Origin: an uncultured delta proteobacterium
Lineage (GTDB): Bacteria; Desulfobacterota; WTBG01
Reading direction: 5' to 3'
DNA: 64,000 nt
NCBI GenBank assembly: GCA_963793865.1
Contig: CAWCBP010000001.1
Location: 608,001-672,000, forward strand
Made by a program: the position numbers and the translations under genes. The notes beneath the pieces are model-generated. The model did not search any database. It was not told where the DNA came from and saw nothing but the letters and a program-made list of their open reading frames with translations. Positions 1 through 10,686 of this stretch are shown here, one piece after another. The number at the start of each line of letters is the position of its first letter. Positions within the stretch are counted from its first letter, which is position 1.

Positions 1-768
1 CCAGGTAGAGGTGTTATCTTTGTCCCTGCTTCCGCCGTCGTTCGTCTTTCCCTCCCACATAAGTCCGGTAACCGTATCGGTCACCGTGCCGTTTCCGTTA
101 TCGGCGTAGGCGGGTGAAGGGTCAGGAGTGCCCCGCACGCAGCGGATTTTATACAGAGAATCCTTTGATCCGGTCCCGATAATGCCGAAGGAAACCTGCA
201 TGATCCACGATAGGCCGGGGTCGTCATGATAGTCTGAAGACGTCCAGTAGTAGATATCAGTCTGATTGGTCCGGATGAAAAAGGGAAAATAGTTTGTGTC
301 CAGCGCCGGGCTGAGCCTGCCCAGGTTCAAAATAGTAGAATATTCTTTTCTGGAAGGAACTCTCCAGTCATCAGAACCCCCGAGTGAAAGATTGTCACAA
401 TAAGCGGCGGCAGCGGCATAGGTGTAGGTAAGCGCATCATTGTCTTCGTTTTTCTGTTCCCACACAAGATTTGTCACATTGTCGGTGACCGTACCGTTAC
501 CATTGTCCGTCATGTCAGGCGGGTTAATGGTGTATTGGGCATCCTGGCCGTAAAAGTCCTCCCCTTCCCCGGGGCAGTACGGGTCTGAATCGCACACCTG
601 ATTCGGCCCCTCCATATGCCACTCGTCGCAGAATATGCGCTCCCAGTCGTAACAGAGGTCCTGGCCGGTGTCCGGTATAAGATAATCAAACGCAAGCGCG
701 GGCGCTGCGCAGAGGGGAAACAGGAATGTCAGTACGATCAATATTGTTGTTTGTGTGCGGTGCTTCAT
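1..768 (-). CDS. Secreted DUF1566 (Lcl C-terminal) domain protein, runs off the left edge
   Basis: Manual translation: MKHRTQTTILIVLTFLFPLCAAPALA signal peptide, IPDTGQ..CY, GQDAQY, DNGNGTVTDNVTNLVWEQK, DWRVPSRKE motifs; AAAGGAG RBS. Not in the ORF track. Confidence 0.85.
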   Translation of the reverse strand, partial: MKHRTQTTILIVLTFLFPLCAAPALAFDYLIPDTGQDLCYDWERIFCDEWHMEGPNQVCDSDPYCPGEGEDFYGQDAQYTINPPDMTDNGNGTVTDNVTNLVWEQKNEDNDALTYTYAAAAAYCDNLSLGGSDDWRVPSRKEYSTILNLGRLSPALDTNYFPFFIRTNQTDIYYWTSSDYHDDPGLSWIMQVSFGIIGTGSKDSLYKIRCVRGTPDPSPAYADNGNGTVTDTVTGLMWEGKTNDGGSRDKDNTSTW

Positions 769-845
769 GGCATTGCTCCTTTCGCGTGCGATTTTTACTA
801 GTGCCGCTCATTCGTGCAACTGTTGCACATGGCCGGGTGCCGCGT

Positions 846-3152
846 TTATCCGCCAAATGGCGAGGGGCGGTAATCGTTCTTAATGGACTGTATGCTGTCC
901 TGCAGAAGCTTTTTCACATATCCGGGGTTGTGCACTCCTTTACTGCGGTCATTTACGACAAGCTTGTAATTGGTGTAAGCGTTCTCCAGCACCTGATCCG
1001 GATCATCCATGAAGGGCACGGTTCCGCCCTTGTGGCAGCGTGCGCAGTTGCCCGGCTCATTGGCAGGCAGAAAACCGTGATTGTTCCTGGTCAACAGACG
1101 AAACAGTTCGGTGGTGAGGGACTGTATCTCGGTCTGGATTCCGTTGATGTCAAATGTTGTTGCCCCCGGATGGCAGCTTACACATACCGCGATGTTGAGC
1201 GTGTCATCGTCCGTCTCCGGAATGAGGTCAGGACCAAAATCCCGCATCCGCAAGGTGTGCCCGCCTATTTTGAGCACGCCCTTTTCATCGGCGACAGACC
1301 CTGCCGTGCTCATATGGCACGGGACGCATTTATCATCACCGCGGTGATAATTCTTTGTCCCCAGGAAGGGGGTGTAGTCCTCTCCGGGATAGTGATAGCC
1401 GTTGCCGAATTCCCCGGCCCTTCCTTCCAGGATTGCGTTCTGCCACTTTTCGTAATGGCAGGTGTCGCACGCCGTCCCTTTGCTGCCGGTGCGCAATCCA
1501 AAGGGAGCGGCGTTTTCCGGGCCGGGGTGAGGATCGTGACACACTGAGCAGGAGACATTGGGCGTATCTTTGGGAATTGAAGACAGGTCTTCGGGTTCGT
1601 AGTCAAACTCATGAAAGGGTTTGCCTGATTCAACCGCTCCAATATAACCGGGGGTGTAATGGCAGCGGAAACATATGAGCAAATACTCCGGGCTCGGTTC
1701 ATAGTAGCCGAAGGGCAGGGGATCGGAGTGATTGGCCTTCTGCAGCTCGGCGAATTCCACATGGCATTGTCCACAGGTGCCCGGCCAGTAGCTGGTGGAG
1801 AGCTGTAAAGCAGGGTTAGGCGGATCCGCGTTGTGCTCGCTTCCCAAACCGTGGCAGTCCTGACAGCCGGCACCGCCCGCGACCGTTGCATGCGCGGTAG
1901 CCTCATATCCGGCGGCATTGGTGCCGTGGCAGTCGTAACAGGCAGTATCATCGACAGATTCAGAGACCACGATGTTCGTTTCCAGGGGTGTGCTCGCGTT
2001 TCCCTGATCATCCGTGACAACCAGCGAAGCGGTCAGCACGTCTCCCCGCTCGGCATCATCCGGCACGTTAAAAAAAACATTTTCCCCGGTTGCTGAAGGC
2101 TGCAGCCAAAAGCTGACATCTTCGCCGCCGCTGCTCATCAATGTCCAGCGGTAACTGAAAATCGATGCGCTGAAATTGCCGTTCTTGTTTTCATAGATGT
2201 CAAAGCAGGGAGCATCAGGATTAAAAGCCTGCGGTGAGGGGAGATCGGGGTCGATGGCAAAACCGCGCAGATAAACCGGCGTGCCCGCGGCGACAAACCG
2301 TGAACCGGTGCTCGAAGCCGGAACCAGGCCATTATTGTAGATATAGGGCAATTCTGACGGGCCGGGAATAACGGATGCAACGGCTTCCGGAGGCGTGAAA
2401 TAACCCTGCTGTACTATAGCCGGTTGTTCTGAGCCAACCGTGCACGGGTCCGATGCGCCGGCAGCTGCGCGGTATGCGGTTTTTCCCCCGCCGTGCGACT
2501 GCCCGACAGATTCTGTTCCGTTCGCAGCGGCTGATTCTTCCTGCTGCGGCAGCAGGCTCAGGTTCCTGATGATTCTTTTCCCGCCCTCAACGGTAATGTC
2601 TGCTGATGCCGTCGCAAATCCTTCTGCACTGGCTGATATCCTGAACTCGCCTTCGTCCAGGTCTGCGAATCGATATCTGCCCACAATGTCTGTTTGCGTT
2701 TCACCCCGGGTGATAAAAGAACCGTCAACCTTCTGCTGCAATTTGACGGTTGCGTTCCTGAGAGGCCAGCGGATGAGCCCGAGGAGCAGGTTTGCTGTTA
2801 CCTGTCCCCGCAGGATTGATTTTTTCTTCAGGGGAAGGACCAGCTCTGTTTCCTCCCCCGCTGCAACCGCAACAAACCCTGCCGCACCGTGTATGTATCC
2901 TTCAGCATCCACGTCAACCTGGTAATTTCGAAATGGTGTTACCTCTTCAAAAAGAAGTGTTCCTCTGCTGCCGGTAGTCCCGCTGTAATCGCAGGGGGTA
3001 ATGAGAATCCGGGCACCCTCGACAGGGGTGCCGCTCCTGAAATCTTTTACCGTTAGCATAAGGCTTCCCATGCCATTATCAGCCATCGTAGGTGTGACAG
3101 GGATGAGTACTGCAGCCGCGATGATGAATAAAAGGGAACGAATAGCCAACAT
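846..3152 (-). CDS. Multiheme c-type cytochrome (9 CxxCH) with N-terminal carboxypeptidase-regulatory/Ig-like domains
   Basis: Nine CxxCH motifs counted; signal peptide MLAIRSLL..; GAAAGGAG RBS before ATG 3152. Confidence 0.85.
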   Translation of the reverse strand: MLAIRSLLFIIAAAVLIPVTPTMADNGMGSLMLTVKDFRSGTPVEGARILITPCDYSGTTGSRGTLLFEEVTPFRNYQVDVDAEGYIHGAAGFVAVAAGEETELVLPLKKKSILRGQVTANLLLGLIRWPLRNATVKLQQKVDGSFITRGETQTDIVGRYRFADLDEGEFRISASAEGFATASADITVEGGKRIIRNLSLLPQQEESAAANGTESVGQSHGGGKTAYRAAAGASDPCTVGSEQPAIVQQGYFTPPEAVASVIPGPSELPYIYNNGLVPASSTGSRFVAAGTPVYLRGFAIDPDLPSPQAFNPDAPCFDIYENKNGNFSASIFSYRWTLMSSGGEDVSFWLQPSATGENVFFNVPDDAERGDVLTASLVVTDDQGNASTPLETNIVVSESVDDTACYDCHGTNAAGYEATAHATVAGGAGCQDCHGLGSEHNADPPNPALQLSTSYWPGTCGQCHVEFAELQKANHSDPLPFGYYEPSPEYLLICFRCHYTPGYIGAVESGKPFHEFDYEPEDLSSIPKDTPNVSCSVCHDPHPGPENAAPFGLRTGSKGTACDTCHYEKWQNAILEGRAGEFGNGYHYPGEDYTPFLGTKNYHRGDDKCVPCHMSTAGSVADEKGVLKIGGHTLRMRDFGPDLIPETDDDTLNIAVCVSCHPGATTFDINGIQTEIQSLTTELFRLLTRNNHGFLPANEPGNCARCHKGGTVPFMDDPDQVLENAYTNYKLVVNDRSKGVHNPGYVKKLLQDSIQSIKNDYRPSPFGG

Positions 3153-3536
3153 ACACACTCCTTTCAGGACGGTTAATGAGCATCCTTGAATGTATGATAA
3201 AATTTTACGCAAATTTGTGCAAGCTATTTAAAAATACTGCACAATATTTACACCATCCCGCCGTAAAGCCGTATGACTTAAATCATATATTTGATTTTTT
3301 TTGATGGATGCGGCAATACGGCGTGCCATAATAACCTATAATTATAAAATAATCATTCAGAAAAAAAGCAAAATATCTTGACATAAAAGCTAAATTATTA
3401 TATTGAAAAATCAAAATTAAGAATGCTATGAGGTGCATGGCTGAAGCTGTGCAGCAAGCGTCACTGGGAAGCCGGCATATTGCATCTTTAAACCTGACAG
3501 GCACTGATTTCCCTGCCCGCAAGGAGGCCTTGCACG

Positions 3537-4004
3537 ATGAGATTAACAACCAAAAGCAGATACGGCGCACGCGCCATTTTTGATATAGCCTACCATTCAT
3601 CGGGGGCGCCGGTGCAAATCAAGGAGATTGCCGTAAGGCAGCAGATACCCCAGCGCTACCTGGAGCAGATCTTTCACAAGCTGAAACAGGCCAAGGTGGT
3701 AAAAAGTGTCCGCGGACCGGGGGGAGGATATCTGCTGGCCAAAGAGCCCGCGAAAATTACCCTGACAGAAATCATCAAGGCCATGAGGGAACCCATTGAT
3801 CCGGTTTTCTGCGCGGAGAACGTCAGCGGCCCGGTCAAAAAATGCGCCAGGCTTGAGGAGTGCGTGACGCAGCAAATCTGGAAGGAAGCCGGCGCGAAAA
3901 TAACAGCATATTTTGATTCCATTACCGTTGCAGACCTCTGCCAGAGGGCACAGAGCATGGGCATTAAGAAAAACACCCAGCACCGGTTCGATTATAGCAT
4001 ATGA
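3537..4004 (+). CDS. Rrf2-family transcriptional regulator (IscR/CymR-like, three Cys)
   Basis: MRLTTKSRYG, YLEQIF, SVRGPGGGY motifs; C..C..C in C-terminal half. Confidence 0.92.
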   Translation: MRLTTKSRYGARAIFDIAYHSSGAPVQIKEIAVRQQIPQRYLEQIFHKLKQAKVVKSVRGPGGGYLLAKEPAKITLTEIIKAMREPIDPVFCAENVSGPVKKCARLEECVTQQIWKEAGAKITAYFDSITVADLCQRAQSMGIKKNTQHRFDYSI

Positions 4005-4120
4005 CTGCCGGCAGCAGGGGCATGTGCGCCGTTGGTCTCGTAACCATAATGATGCTCGCTCTGATGGTCGATGCTTGATCGGAGAGCAGTGTGTCATGCC
4101 ACGTATGGAGGGGAAGCAGT

Positions 4121-5047
4121 ATGAGTAAAATCGCAAAGGATATTACGCAACTGATCGGCAATACACCCCTGGTGCGGCTGAACAAGGTTGCCCGGGGCCT
4201 GAAAGCGGAACTCATTGCCAAGCTGGAATATTTCAACCCCAGTTCCAGCGTCAAGGACCGTATCGGGTTGAGCATGATAGAGGCCGCGGAACAATCGGGC
4301 CTGCTTAAGAAGAATACGGTGATTGTTGAGCCCACCAGCGGCAACACAGGAATCGCCCTGGCTTTTGTGTGCGCGGCGCGAGGCTATAAATTGATTCTCA
4401 CCATGCCTGACACCATGAGCCTGGAACGGAGGCAGCTGCTGGCTGCGTTCGGGGCGGAGCTGGTTCTGACGCCGGGGGCGAAGGGCATCTCAGGTGCGGT
4501 AAAGAAGGCGGAGGAACTGGTTGCCGGGAACCCGGGATACTTCATGCCGCAGCAATTTGAAAATCCGGCCAATCCCGAAATTCACCGCAGGACCACCGCG
4601 CAGGAGATATGGAGAGATACCGACGGCATGGTGGACATGCTGGTTGCCGGGGTGGGCACGGGCGGCACCATCACCGGTGTGGCGGAAGTGATCAAGAAGA
4701 AAAAGCCGGCTTTTAAGGCCATTGCCGTCGAACCGGCAGACTCACCGGTATTGTCCGGCGGTCAGCCCGGACCTCATAAAATTCAGGGCATCGGCGCGGG
4801 CTTTGTGCCGGGTGTGCTGAATCTAAAGGTGATTGACGAAATCATTTCCGTGACCTATGATGATGCCAGAAAAGCGGCACAGCGTCTGGCCAGGGAGGAA
4901 GGCATACTGGCCGGCATTTCATCGGGTGCGGCAACATGGGCAGCCCTCGAGGTTGCCCGCCGCGAGGAGAGCAAAGGTAAAATGATGGTGGTTATCCTGC
5001 CCTCCACCGGCGAACGCTATCTCACAACCGACCTCTTCAAGCAGTAA
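4121..5047 (+). CDS. cysK: Cysteine synthase A
   Basis: SVKDRIG PLP lysine, [22 protein letters not shown]. Confidence 0.96.
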   Translation: MSKIAKDITQLIGNTPLVRLNKVARGLKAELIAKLEYFNPSSSVKDRIGLSMIEAAEQSGLLKKNTVIVEPTSGNTGIALAFVCAARGYKLILTMPDTMSLERRQLLAAFGAELVLTPGAKGISGAVKKAEELVAGNPGYFMPQQFENPANPEIHRRTTAQEIWRDTDGMVDMLVAGVGTGGTITGVAEVIKKKKPAFKAIAVEPADSPVLSGGQPGPHKIQGIGAGFVPGVLNLKVIDEIISVTYDDARKAAQRLAREEGILAGISSGAATWAALEVARREESKGKMMVVILPSTGERYLTTDLFKQ

Positions 5048-5091
5048 ATGACCGCTGGTGCCGGCTGCACCTGATGGTAGGGAGATCACTG

Positions 5092-6309
5092 ATGACCAAA
5101 ACCATTAAGGAGATTAACGAGCGCATAAAAAAGGGAAAAGCGGTGGTGGTGACGGCTGAGGAAGTGATTGAGCTGGCCAGTGCAAAAGGTTTCAAGAAAG
5201 CCGCGCAGGAAGTTGACGTCGTGACCACGGGCACCTTTGGCCCCATGTGTTCCTCCGGCGCCTACTTGAATCTGGGCCATTCAAAGCCAAGAATTAAAGT
5301 GGGGGGAGGCACCGTCTATCTCAACAATGTCCCTGCTTATACCGGACTGGCAGCGGTGGACGTATACATCGGGGCAACCGCGGTTCCGGATGATGACCCC
5401 CGGAACAGCGTGTACCCCGGCACCTTCAGCTACGGGGGGGGGCATGTCATTGAAGATCTGGTGGGCGGAAAAGACGTAAAGCTGGTGGGCACATCGTATG
5501 GAACCGACTGCTATCCGCGCAAGGCAATAGAAACCTGGATTAACATCAAGGATTTAAACGAGGCGGTGCTATTCAATCCGCGAAACTGTTACCAGAACTA
5601 TAACGTGGCGGTCAATCTTTCCGAACGGGTTATTTATACTTACATGGGCATGCTGCAGCCGCGGCTGGGAAATGCCAATTATAGCAGTGCCGGTCAGCTG
5701 TCACCCCTGCTCAATGATCCATTCTATAAGACCATAGGATTGGGGACGAGAATTTTTCTTGGCGGCGGAGTCGGATACGTGGTGTGGAACGGCACCCAGC
5801 ACAACCCCGGTGTACAGCGGACAGCCGGCGGTGTTCCCCGCTCACCTGCCGGAACGCTGGCGGTGATGGGTGATCTCAAGGGCATGAGTCCCGCCTGGCT
5901 GAAGGGCGCCAGCTTTACCGGGTACGGGGCGACCATGACCGTGGGTATCGGCATACCCATACCCGTTTTGAATGAAGAGGTTTTTGGGTATACCCTGGTC
6001 AAAGATGAAGAGATTGTGAGCCAGATTGTGGATTACAGCCAGGCCTATCCCCAGGTGCAACCGGGGAGCCTGGGCGAGGTGAACTACAGGGCACTGAGGA
6101 GCGGCAGCATTACCATTAACGGGAAGCAGGTGCCTACCGGAGGCATTTCGAGCTATGCCAAGGCCCGTGAGATTGCGCAGCTGCTGAAGGGGTGGATAGC
6201 GGAAGGGTCGTTCCTGCTTTCCGAGCCTGTCGCCGCACTTCCTTCCGCAGAATCCGGGGTCAAATGCAAGCTGCTGAACGAGCGGCCGCTTCCCAAGACG
6301 CATTATTAA
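5092..6309 (+). CDS. Homocysteine biosynthesis protein (DUF39, aspartate-semialdehyde sulfurtransferase, MA1821-like, no CBS domains)
   Basis: VDVVTTGTFGPMCSSG, GTDCYPR, NPRNCYQNY motifs characteristic of DUF39. Confidence 0.88.
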   Translation: MTKTIKEINERIKKGKAVVVTAEEVIELASAKGFKKAAQEVDVVTTGTFGPMCSSGAYLNLGHSKPRIKVGGGTVYLNNVPAYTGLAAVDVYIGATAVPDDDPRNSVYPGTFSYGGGHVIEDLVGGKDVKLVGTSYGTDCYPRKAIETWINIKDLNEAVLFNPRNCYQNYNVAVNLSERVIYTYMGMLQPRLGNANYSSAGQLSPLLNDPFYKTIGLGTRIFLGGGVGYVVWNGTQHNPGVQRTAGGVPRSPAGTLAVMGDLKGMSPAWLKGASFTGYGATMTVGIGIPIPVLNEEVFGYTLVKDEEIVSQIVDYSQAYPQVQPGSLGEVNYRALRSGSITINGKQVPTGGISSYAKAREIAQLLKGWIAEGSFLLSEPVAALPSAESGVKCKLLNERPLPKTHY

Positions 6310-6341
6310 TTGATGACCTAACCCGAACAAGGAGATGGTTG

Positions 6342-6749
6342 ATGAAACAAAAGCGGGTGGTGCTCACCTTTCCCCCCGAACTTGTCGAGCAGCCGATGGT
6401 CTACAACCTGATTAAGAAATACGACCTGATGGTCAGTATTTTGCGGGCTAACATAACCGCCAACGAAGAGGGCAGGCTGGTCATGGAAGTGCGCGGGAAA
6501 AAAAATGATGTGGACGCGGGCATGGCATATCTGGCCGGCATCGGCATCCAGATTCAACCATTGGCCCAGGACATCAAATGGCATGAAAAGAGATGCATCC
6601 ACTGCACGTTTTGCGTCCCGACCTGTCCCACCGGTGCGCTGCAGGTTGATAAAAAAAGCCTGCTGGTCTCTTTTGTCAAGGAAAAATGCATAGCCTGTGA
6701 AATTTGCGTCAAGGTCTGCCCGTACAAGGTGGTGGAGATCCAGTTTTGA
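6342..6749 (+). CDS. NIL domain + 2x[4Fe-4S] ferredoxin (MA1822-like partner)
   Basis: SILRANI NIL-like motif, CIHCTFCVPTCP and CIACEICVKVCP. Confidence 0.88.
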   Translation: MKQKRVVLTFPPELVEQPMVYNLIKKYDLMVSILRANITANEEGRLVMEVRGKKNDVDAGMAYLAGIGIQIQPLAQDIKWHEKRCIHCTFCVPTCPTGALQVDKKSLLVSFVKEKCIACEICVKVCPYKVVEIQF

Positions 6750-6760
6750 AGGGGAGATGT

Positions 6761-7213
6761 ATGGCAACTGTTATTGCCGTGTGCAGGAGTGCGACCAAAG
6801 GTACCAGCAAGGAGAATATTCACCGCGGTTTCTTCAAGGAAAATTACGGACTGCTTGAGGATGCCCACAGCGATTCAGCCTGGCACCGGCAGGTAAGCCT
6901 GCTGGCACGGGAAAGCATCCGCAAGATGGAGGCCATGGGGCTTAAGCTCAAGCCCGGGGATTTTGCCGAGAACATAACCACCGAGGGACTGGACCTGGTA
7001 AGCCTTCCCCTGGGAACCAGACTTGAGGTTGGTAATGAGGTTATCTTGGAGGTCACCCAGATCGGCAAAGAGTGCCACACCGGCTGTGCGATTTTCAAAA
7101 AGGTGGGGAAATGCATCATGCCCCGTGAAGGCATTTTTGCCAGGGTGATACGCGGTGGCACAATCCAGGAAGGGGATGGCATTCAGATAGCACCGGAGAT
7201 TAATACCCCCTGA
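6761..7213 (+). CDS. MOSC domain protein
   Basis: DAH..WHRQVSLL, GDFAENITT, TQIGKECH..C..CIMPREG. Confidence 0.9.
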   Translation: MATVIAVCRSATKGTSKENIHRGFFKENYGLLEDAHSDSAWHRQVSLLARESIRKMEAMGLKLKPGDFAENITTEGLDLVSLPLGTRLEVGNEVILEVTQIGKECHTGCAIFKKVGKCIMPREGIFARVIRGGTIQEGDGIQIAPEINTP

Positions 7214-7392
7214 AGGAGAACCGAGCGCGTGCAGGTCCGGGGCATTTTCTGAAAACACCCGAAACATGGAACTGCGGCACCGGTTTGCTGTTTGCCCTCC
7301 CCGGAGATTCCTTCCGCTCTTCATTTCCGCGAATCATAAGTACCTGAACCGTCATTCACATTCATGGATGAGCATCAGTCAAGGTTGGATAA

Positions 7393-8484
7393 ATGAGCCG
7401 GGCGGCGAAGATGAAAGTTGCAGTCGGGCTGAGCGGCGGCGTTGATTCGTCGGTGGCCGCCGCCCTGCTCAAGGAAAAGGGCTATGAGGTAATCGGCCTT
7501 TTCATGAAGCTGTGGGAGGGAGACGGTAACCCCGCAGGCGGAGAGCACGGCGGGTGCTCAGCGGGGGGGGCAGATGACCTCGTGATCGCCCGCTCCATTG
7601 CAGAGCAGCTTGCCATTCCTTTTTATGCGGTGGATCTGGCCGGGGAATACAGGGCTGCTGTCCTCGATTATTGCAAGAGAGAGTATCTTGCCGGCAGGAC
7701 CCCCAATCCATGTATCCGCTGCAATCAGCAGGTTAAATTCGGATCCCTCATTACCAGGGCGCGTCAATCAGGAATCGATTTTGATCTCTTTGCCACCGGG
7801 CACTATGCACGGGTTGACCGCCGCGAAGGGGAGAAGCGGTTCTTTTTGAAGAAGGGCAGGGATGTGCGCAAGGACCAGTCATACTGGCTTGCATTCCTGG
7901 GGCAGCAGCAGCTGGGCATGACGCTGTTTCCGCTCGGTGAGCAGGTGAAAACCGAGATGCGGGCAAAGGCAAAATGCCTCGGTTTATCTACCTGCGATAA
8001 GCCGGACAGCCAGGATTTCTTTGCCGGGGACTACAAAAAACTTATCGATGTTTCACCCCGGCCGGGACCAATTATTGATCAGTCGGGCAGCGTGCTGGGA
8101 TCTCACAACGGCATATGGTCCTATACCATCGGCCAGAGAAAGGGCCTGGGCATTGCGGCAAAAGAACCGCTCTACGTGATTGATGTGGATGCGGCGAACA
8201 ATGCGGTTGTCGTCGGTTTCGCGCCGGAGCTTAATCATGGCGGTCTGGTTGCGTCCGGGCTTAATTTGATAGCCTGCGATTTCATTGACAGGCCGCGGGA
8301 GGTAGAGGTGAAGATACGCTACACGCAAAAGTCCTTCCCCGGGGTGCTGACCCAACTGGACCAGGAAACAGCGGCGGTAAGCTTCACGCAACCCCAGTCT
8401 GCAATAACCCCCGGGCAGGCAGTAGTATTTTATGATGGAGATTGCGTGCTGGGCGGGGCCATCATTGAGCGGGCGGTTGACTGA
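7393..8484 (+). CDS. mnmA: tRNA 2-thiouridylase MnmA
   Basis: SGGVDS, TPNPCIRCN, ATGHYA, KDQSY, TPGQAVVFY. Confidence 0.95.
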   Translation: MSRAAKMKVAVGLSGGVDSSVAAALLKEKGYEVIGLFMKLWEGDGNPAGGEHGGCSAGGADDLVIARSIAEQLAIPFYAVDLAGEYRAAVLDYCKREYLAGRTPNPCIRCNQQVKFGSLITRARQSGIDFDLFATGHYARVDRREGEKRFFLKKGRDVRKDQSYWLAFLGQQQLGMTLFPLGEQVKTEMRAKAKCLGLSTCDKPDSQDFFAGDYKKLIDVSPRPGPIIDQSGSVLGSHNGIWSYTIGQRKGLGIAAKEPLYVIDVDAANNAVVVGFAPELNHGGLVASGLNLIACDFIDRPREVEVKIRYTQKSFPGVLTQLDQETAAVSFTQPQSAITPGQAVVFYDGDCVLGGAIIERAVD

Positions 8485-8539
8485 AGCGGACTTCCGCTGG
8501 CAAGGCTGTGCGATTTTCTCAGCTGAAAGGAACTGGTGC

Positions 8540-9574
8540 ATGAACCGCGACAGCAGGTGTCAGTCCTATGAATTTTTACGGGTGCTGACAGACCGCATCA
8601 TCTCCGGCGGCAGGATATCTCCTCAAGAAGCTGAGCGGATTATGCGGCTGCATGCACATGAAGAAGTCATTATGCTCATCTGCCACGCCACGGTGCTGCG
8701 GAACCATTTTAAGGGTAAGGGCATTGAACTCTGCTCCATTGTGAATGCAAAATCAGGACATTGCACGGAGGATTGCATATTCTGCGCGCAATCAGCCCGC
8801 TATTCCACGGAGATAAAACCCCATCCTTTGTTAAGCGCCGGAGAGTTGGTCTCAAAAGCGAAAGAGGCTGAAAGCTCCGGTGCTGCGCGTTTCGGCATTG
8901 TAACCAGCGGCAGGGGCATTCTCAGCCGCAGGGAACTGGAGAGCCTGTGTGAGTCGGTTCAAAGGATCCGCGCGGAGACCAGTCTTATTCCCTGCGCCTC
9001 TCTTGGCATTCTCGCCGATGAGGACGTCCGCTGTCTTGGTGATGCCGGTCTTACAAGATATCATCACAACCTAGAGACCGCAGAGGGCTATTTCCCCTTG
9101 ATTTGCACCACTCACTCCTATCAGGAACGGTTCAGAACCATCCGTGCCGCCAAAAAGGCCGGGATGGAGGTCTGCGCCGGCGGCATTTTCGGCCTCGGTG
9201 AAACGCCGCAGCAGCGCGTTGAACTGGCATGTGCGCTGCGTGAGCTTGAGGTCGAATCGGTTCCCTTGAATTTTCTCAACCCTGTCAGGGGAACACCCGC
9301 GGGAGGGTATGCGATTCTCCCACCCCTTGAAATTCTTACCACCATTGCCCTGTTCCGGTTTGTGCTTCCTGCACAGGATATCAGGGTGTGCGGGGGAAGG
9401 GAGACCGGATTGAGAACGCTGCAGCCGCTCATGTACCTGGCAGGCGCCAATGCTACCATGGCAGGCAGCTATTTAACCACTGGCGGGCGGAATCCTGACG
9501 TTGATCTCCAGGAAATCAGGGATTTGGCCCTGGAGGTCCTGACTCTTCGGGATGGCGCACGAACGGGTTCATAG
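8540..9574 (+). CDS. bioB: Biotin synthase (radical SAM)
   Basis: NAKSGHCTEDCIFCAQS, YHHNLET, VPLNFL, GSYLTT. Confidence 0.93.
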   Translation: MNRDSRCQSYEFLRVLTDRIISGGRISPQEAERIMRLHAHEEVIMLICHATVLRNHFKGKGIELCSIVNAKSGHCTEDCIFCAQSARYSTEIKPHPLLSAGELVSKAKEAESSGAARFGIVTSGRGILSRRELESLCESVQRIRAETSLIPCASLGILADEDVRCLGDAGLTRYHHNLETAEGYFPLICTTHSYQERFRTIRAAKKAGMEVCAGGIFGLGETPQQRVELACALRELEVESVPLNFLNPVRGTPAGGYAILPPLEILTTIALFRFVLPAQDIRVCGGRETGLRTLQPLMYLAGANATMAGSYLTTGGRNPDVDLQEIRDLALEVLTLRDGARTGS

Positions 9575-9644
9575 CAGGCGCCGGTACTCTCAATGGCGGC
9601 GGGTTGCTGCGGGTGAGGGAGTCCCGGGGGAAAACGCGCGTGGA

Positions 9645-10349
9645 TTACGGTGTGATGCCAATGCCTTCTGCTGTTTGTTGCAACAGTTCGTAGTTCCTGA
9701 CGATGATCTCTTTTCCCTTGATATCAATGATCTGTTCCTGCCTGAGTCTCGAGAGATTGCGAATGACGGTTTCCTGCTTGATACCCAAATGCTCTGACAG
9801 TTCCTGCCGCGAAATAAGCAGGTTTAGCTTTCTGGGATTTTTCTCACAGTCGCACTGCGAATTGTAAAGCGTTAAGAGAAAATAGGCCAGGCGCTCCCTG
9901 GCAGTTCCGGTTCCGATGGTAAACAGAAGGTTTTCATTCCGTTCCAATTCCTTGGAGGCGGCCTGCAGAAGGCGATGGTTGATGTCGGGTTCATCTGCAA
10001 GCAGCTTGCGAAAATCACGCGCCCCGATCCGGCAGAGGACGCTCTCGACAATGGTTTCCGCAGTGTCGAGATAGGTGCTTCTGAACAGTGAATTAAAACC
10101 CAGAATGGCTCCGGTGCCGTCAATCCTTAAAATCTGGCTGCGCCCATCTGTCTGCGTTTTGTAAAGCTTGACCGTTCCCCGTTTGATCAGGAAGATGCTT
10201 TCAACCGGATCGCCTGCACAATAGACAATGTGCTTTTTGGGAAAGGCCGTTTCGCGGATGAACTTCTCGATTCGCTCGAGCTGATGATGGCGCAGATCAC
10301 CGAAGATGGTGGTTTTTCTCGCCGTGCACAAGTTGCATTGGCTGGTCAT
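9645..10349 (-). CDS. Crp/Fnr-family regulator with N-terminal CxxC
   Basis: cNMP-binding domain and HTH SRQELSEHLGIKQETVIRNL. Confidence 0.88.
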   Translation of the reverse strand: MTSQCNLCTARKTTIFGDLRHHQLERIEKFIRETAFPKKHIVYCAGDPVESIFLIKRGTVKLYKTQTDGRSQILRIDGTGAILGFNSLFRSTYLDTAETIVESVLCRIGARDFRKLLADEPDINHRLLQAASKELERNENLLFTIGTGTARERLAYFLLTLYNSQCDCEKNPRKLNLLISRQELSEHLGIKQETVIRNLSRLRQEQIIDIKGKEIIVRNYELLQQTAEGIGITP

Positions 10350-10686
10350 TACACATTCCTTGTGCTGGGTGTGTTACATCATTCTCTTGTACCGACCGTG
10401 CGCGGCATGCCGGCCAATTTCCCGCATCAGTCTCCACGGTCTTCCGGTTGTCTCAGGCAGATAAGCAGGGCATGCTCAGCGTGGTGCCGCCGGCAGCGGG
10501 GCCAGGCACAGTATAGGACAAACCTCGCCCTGTGTCAATCGGTCGGTTTGTGTTACCGGTGCCGGGAGAAAAAGGGGCGTTATCGATACACCGGCAGCAT
10601 TTTTGTTTGCATTCATCCACAAGATGGGGTAGGATTTCAAATCATTAACCGTGTTCCCTTTATTGGGCGGGGGATCATCAGGCTTT

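Noticed and set aside
3425..3530. Cobalamin or SAM riboswitch before rrf2
   Set aside because: Only a CACTGGGAAG fragment; the remaining conserved core is absent
9645..10349. CooA CO sensor
   Set aside because: Near cooS, but no CooA-specific heme ligands were recognisable; kept as generic Crp/Fnr
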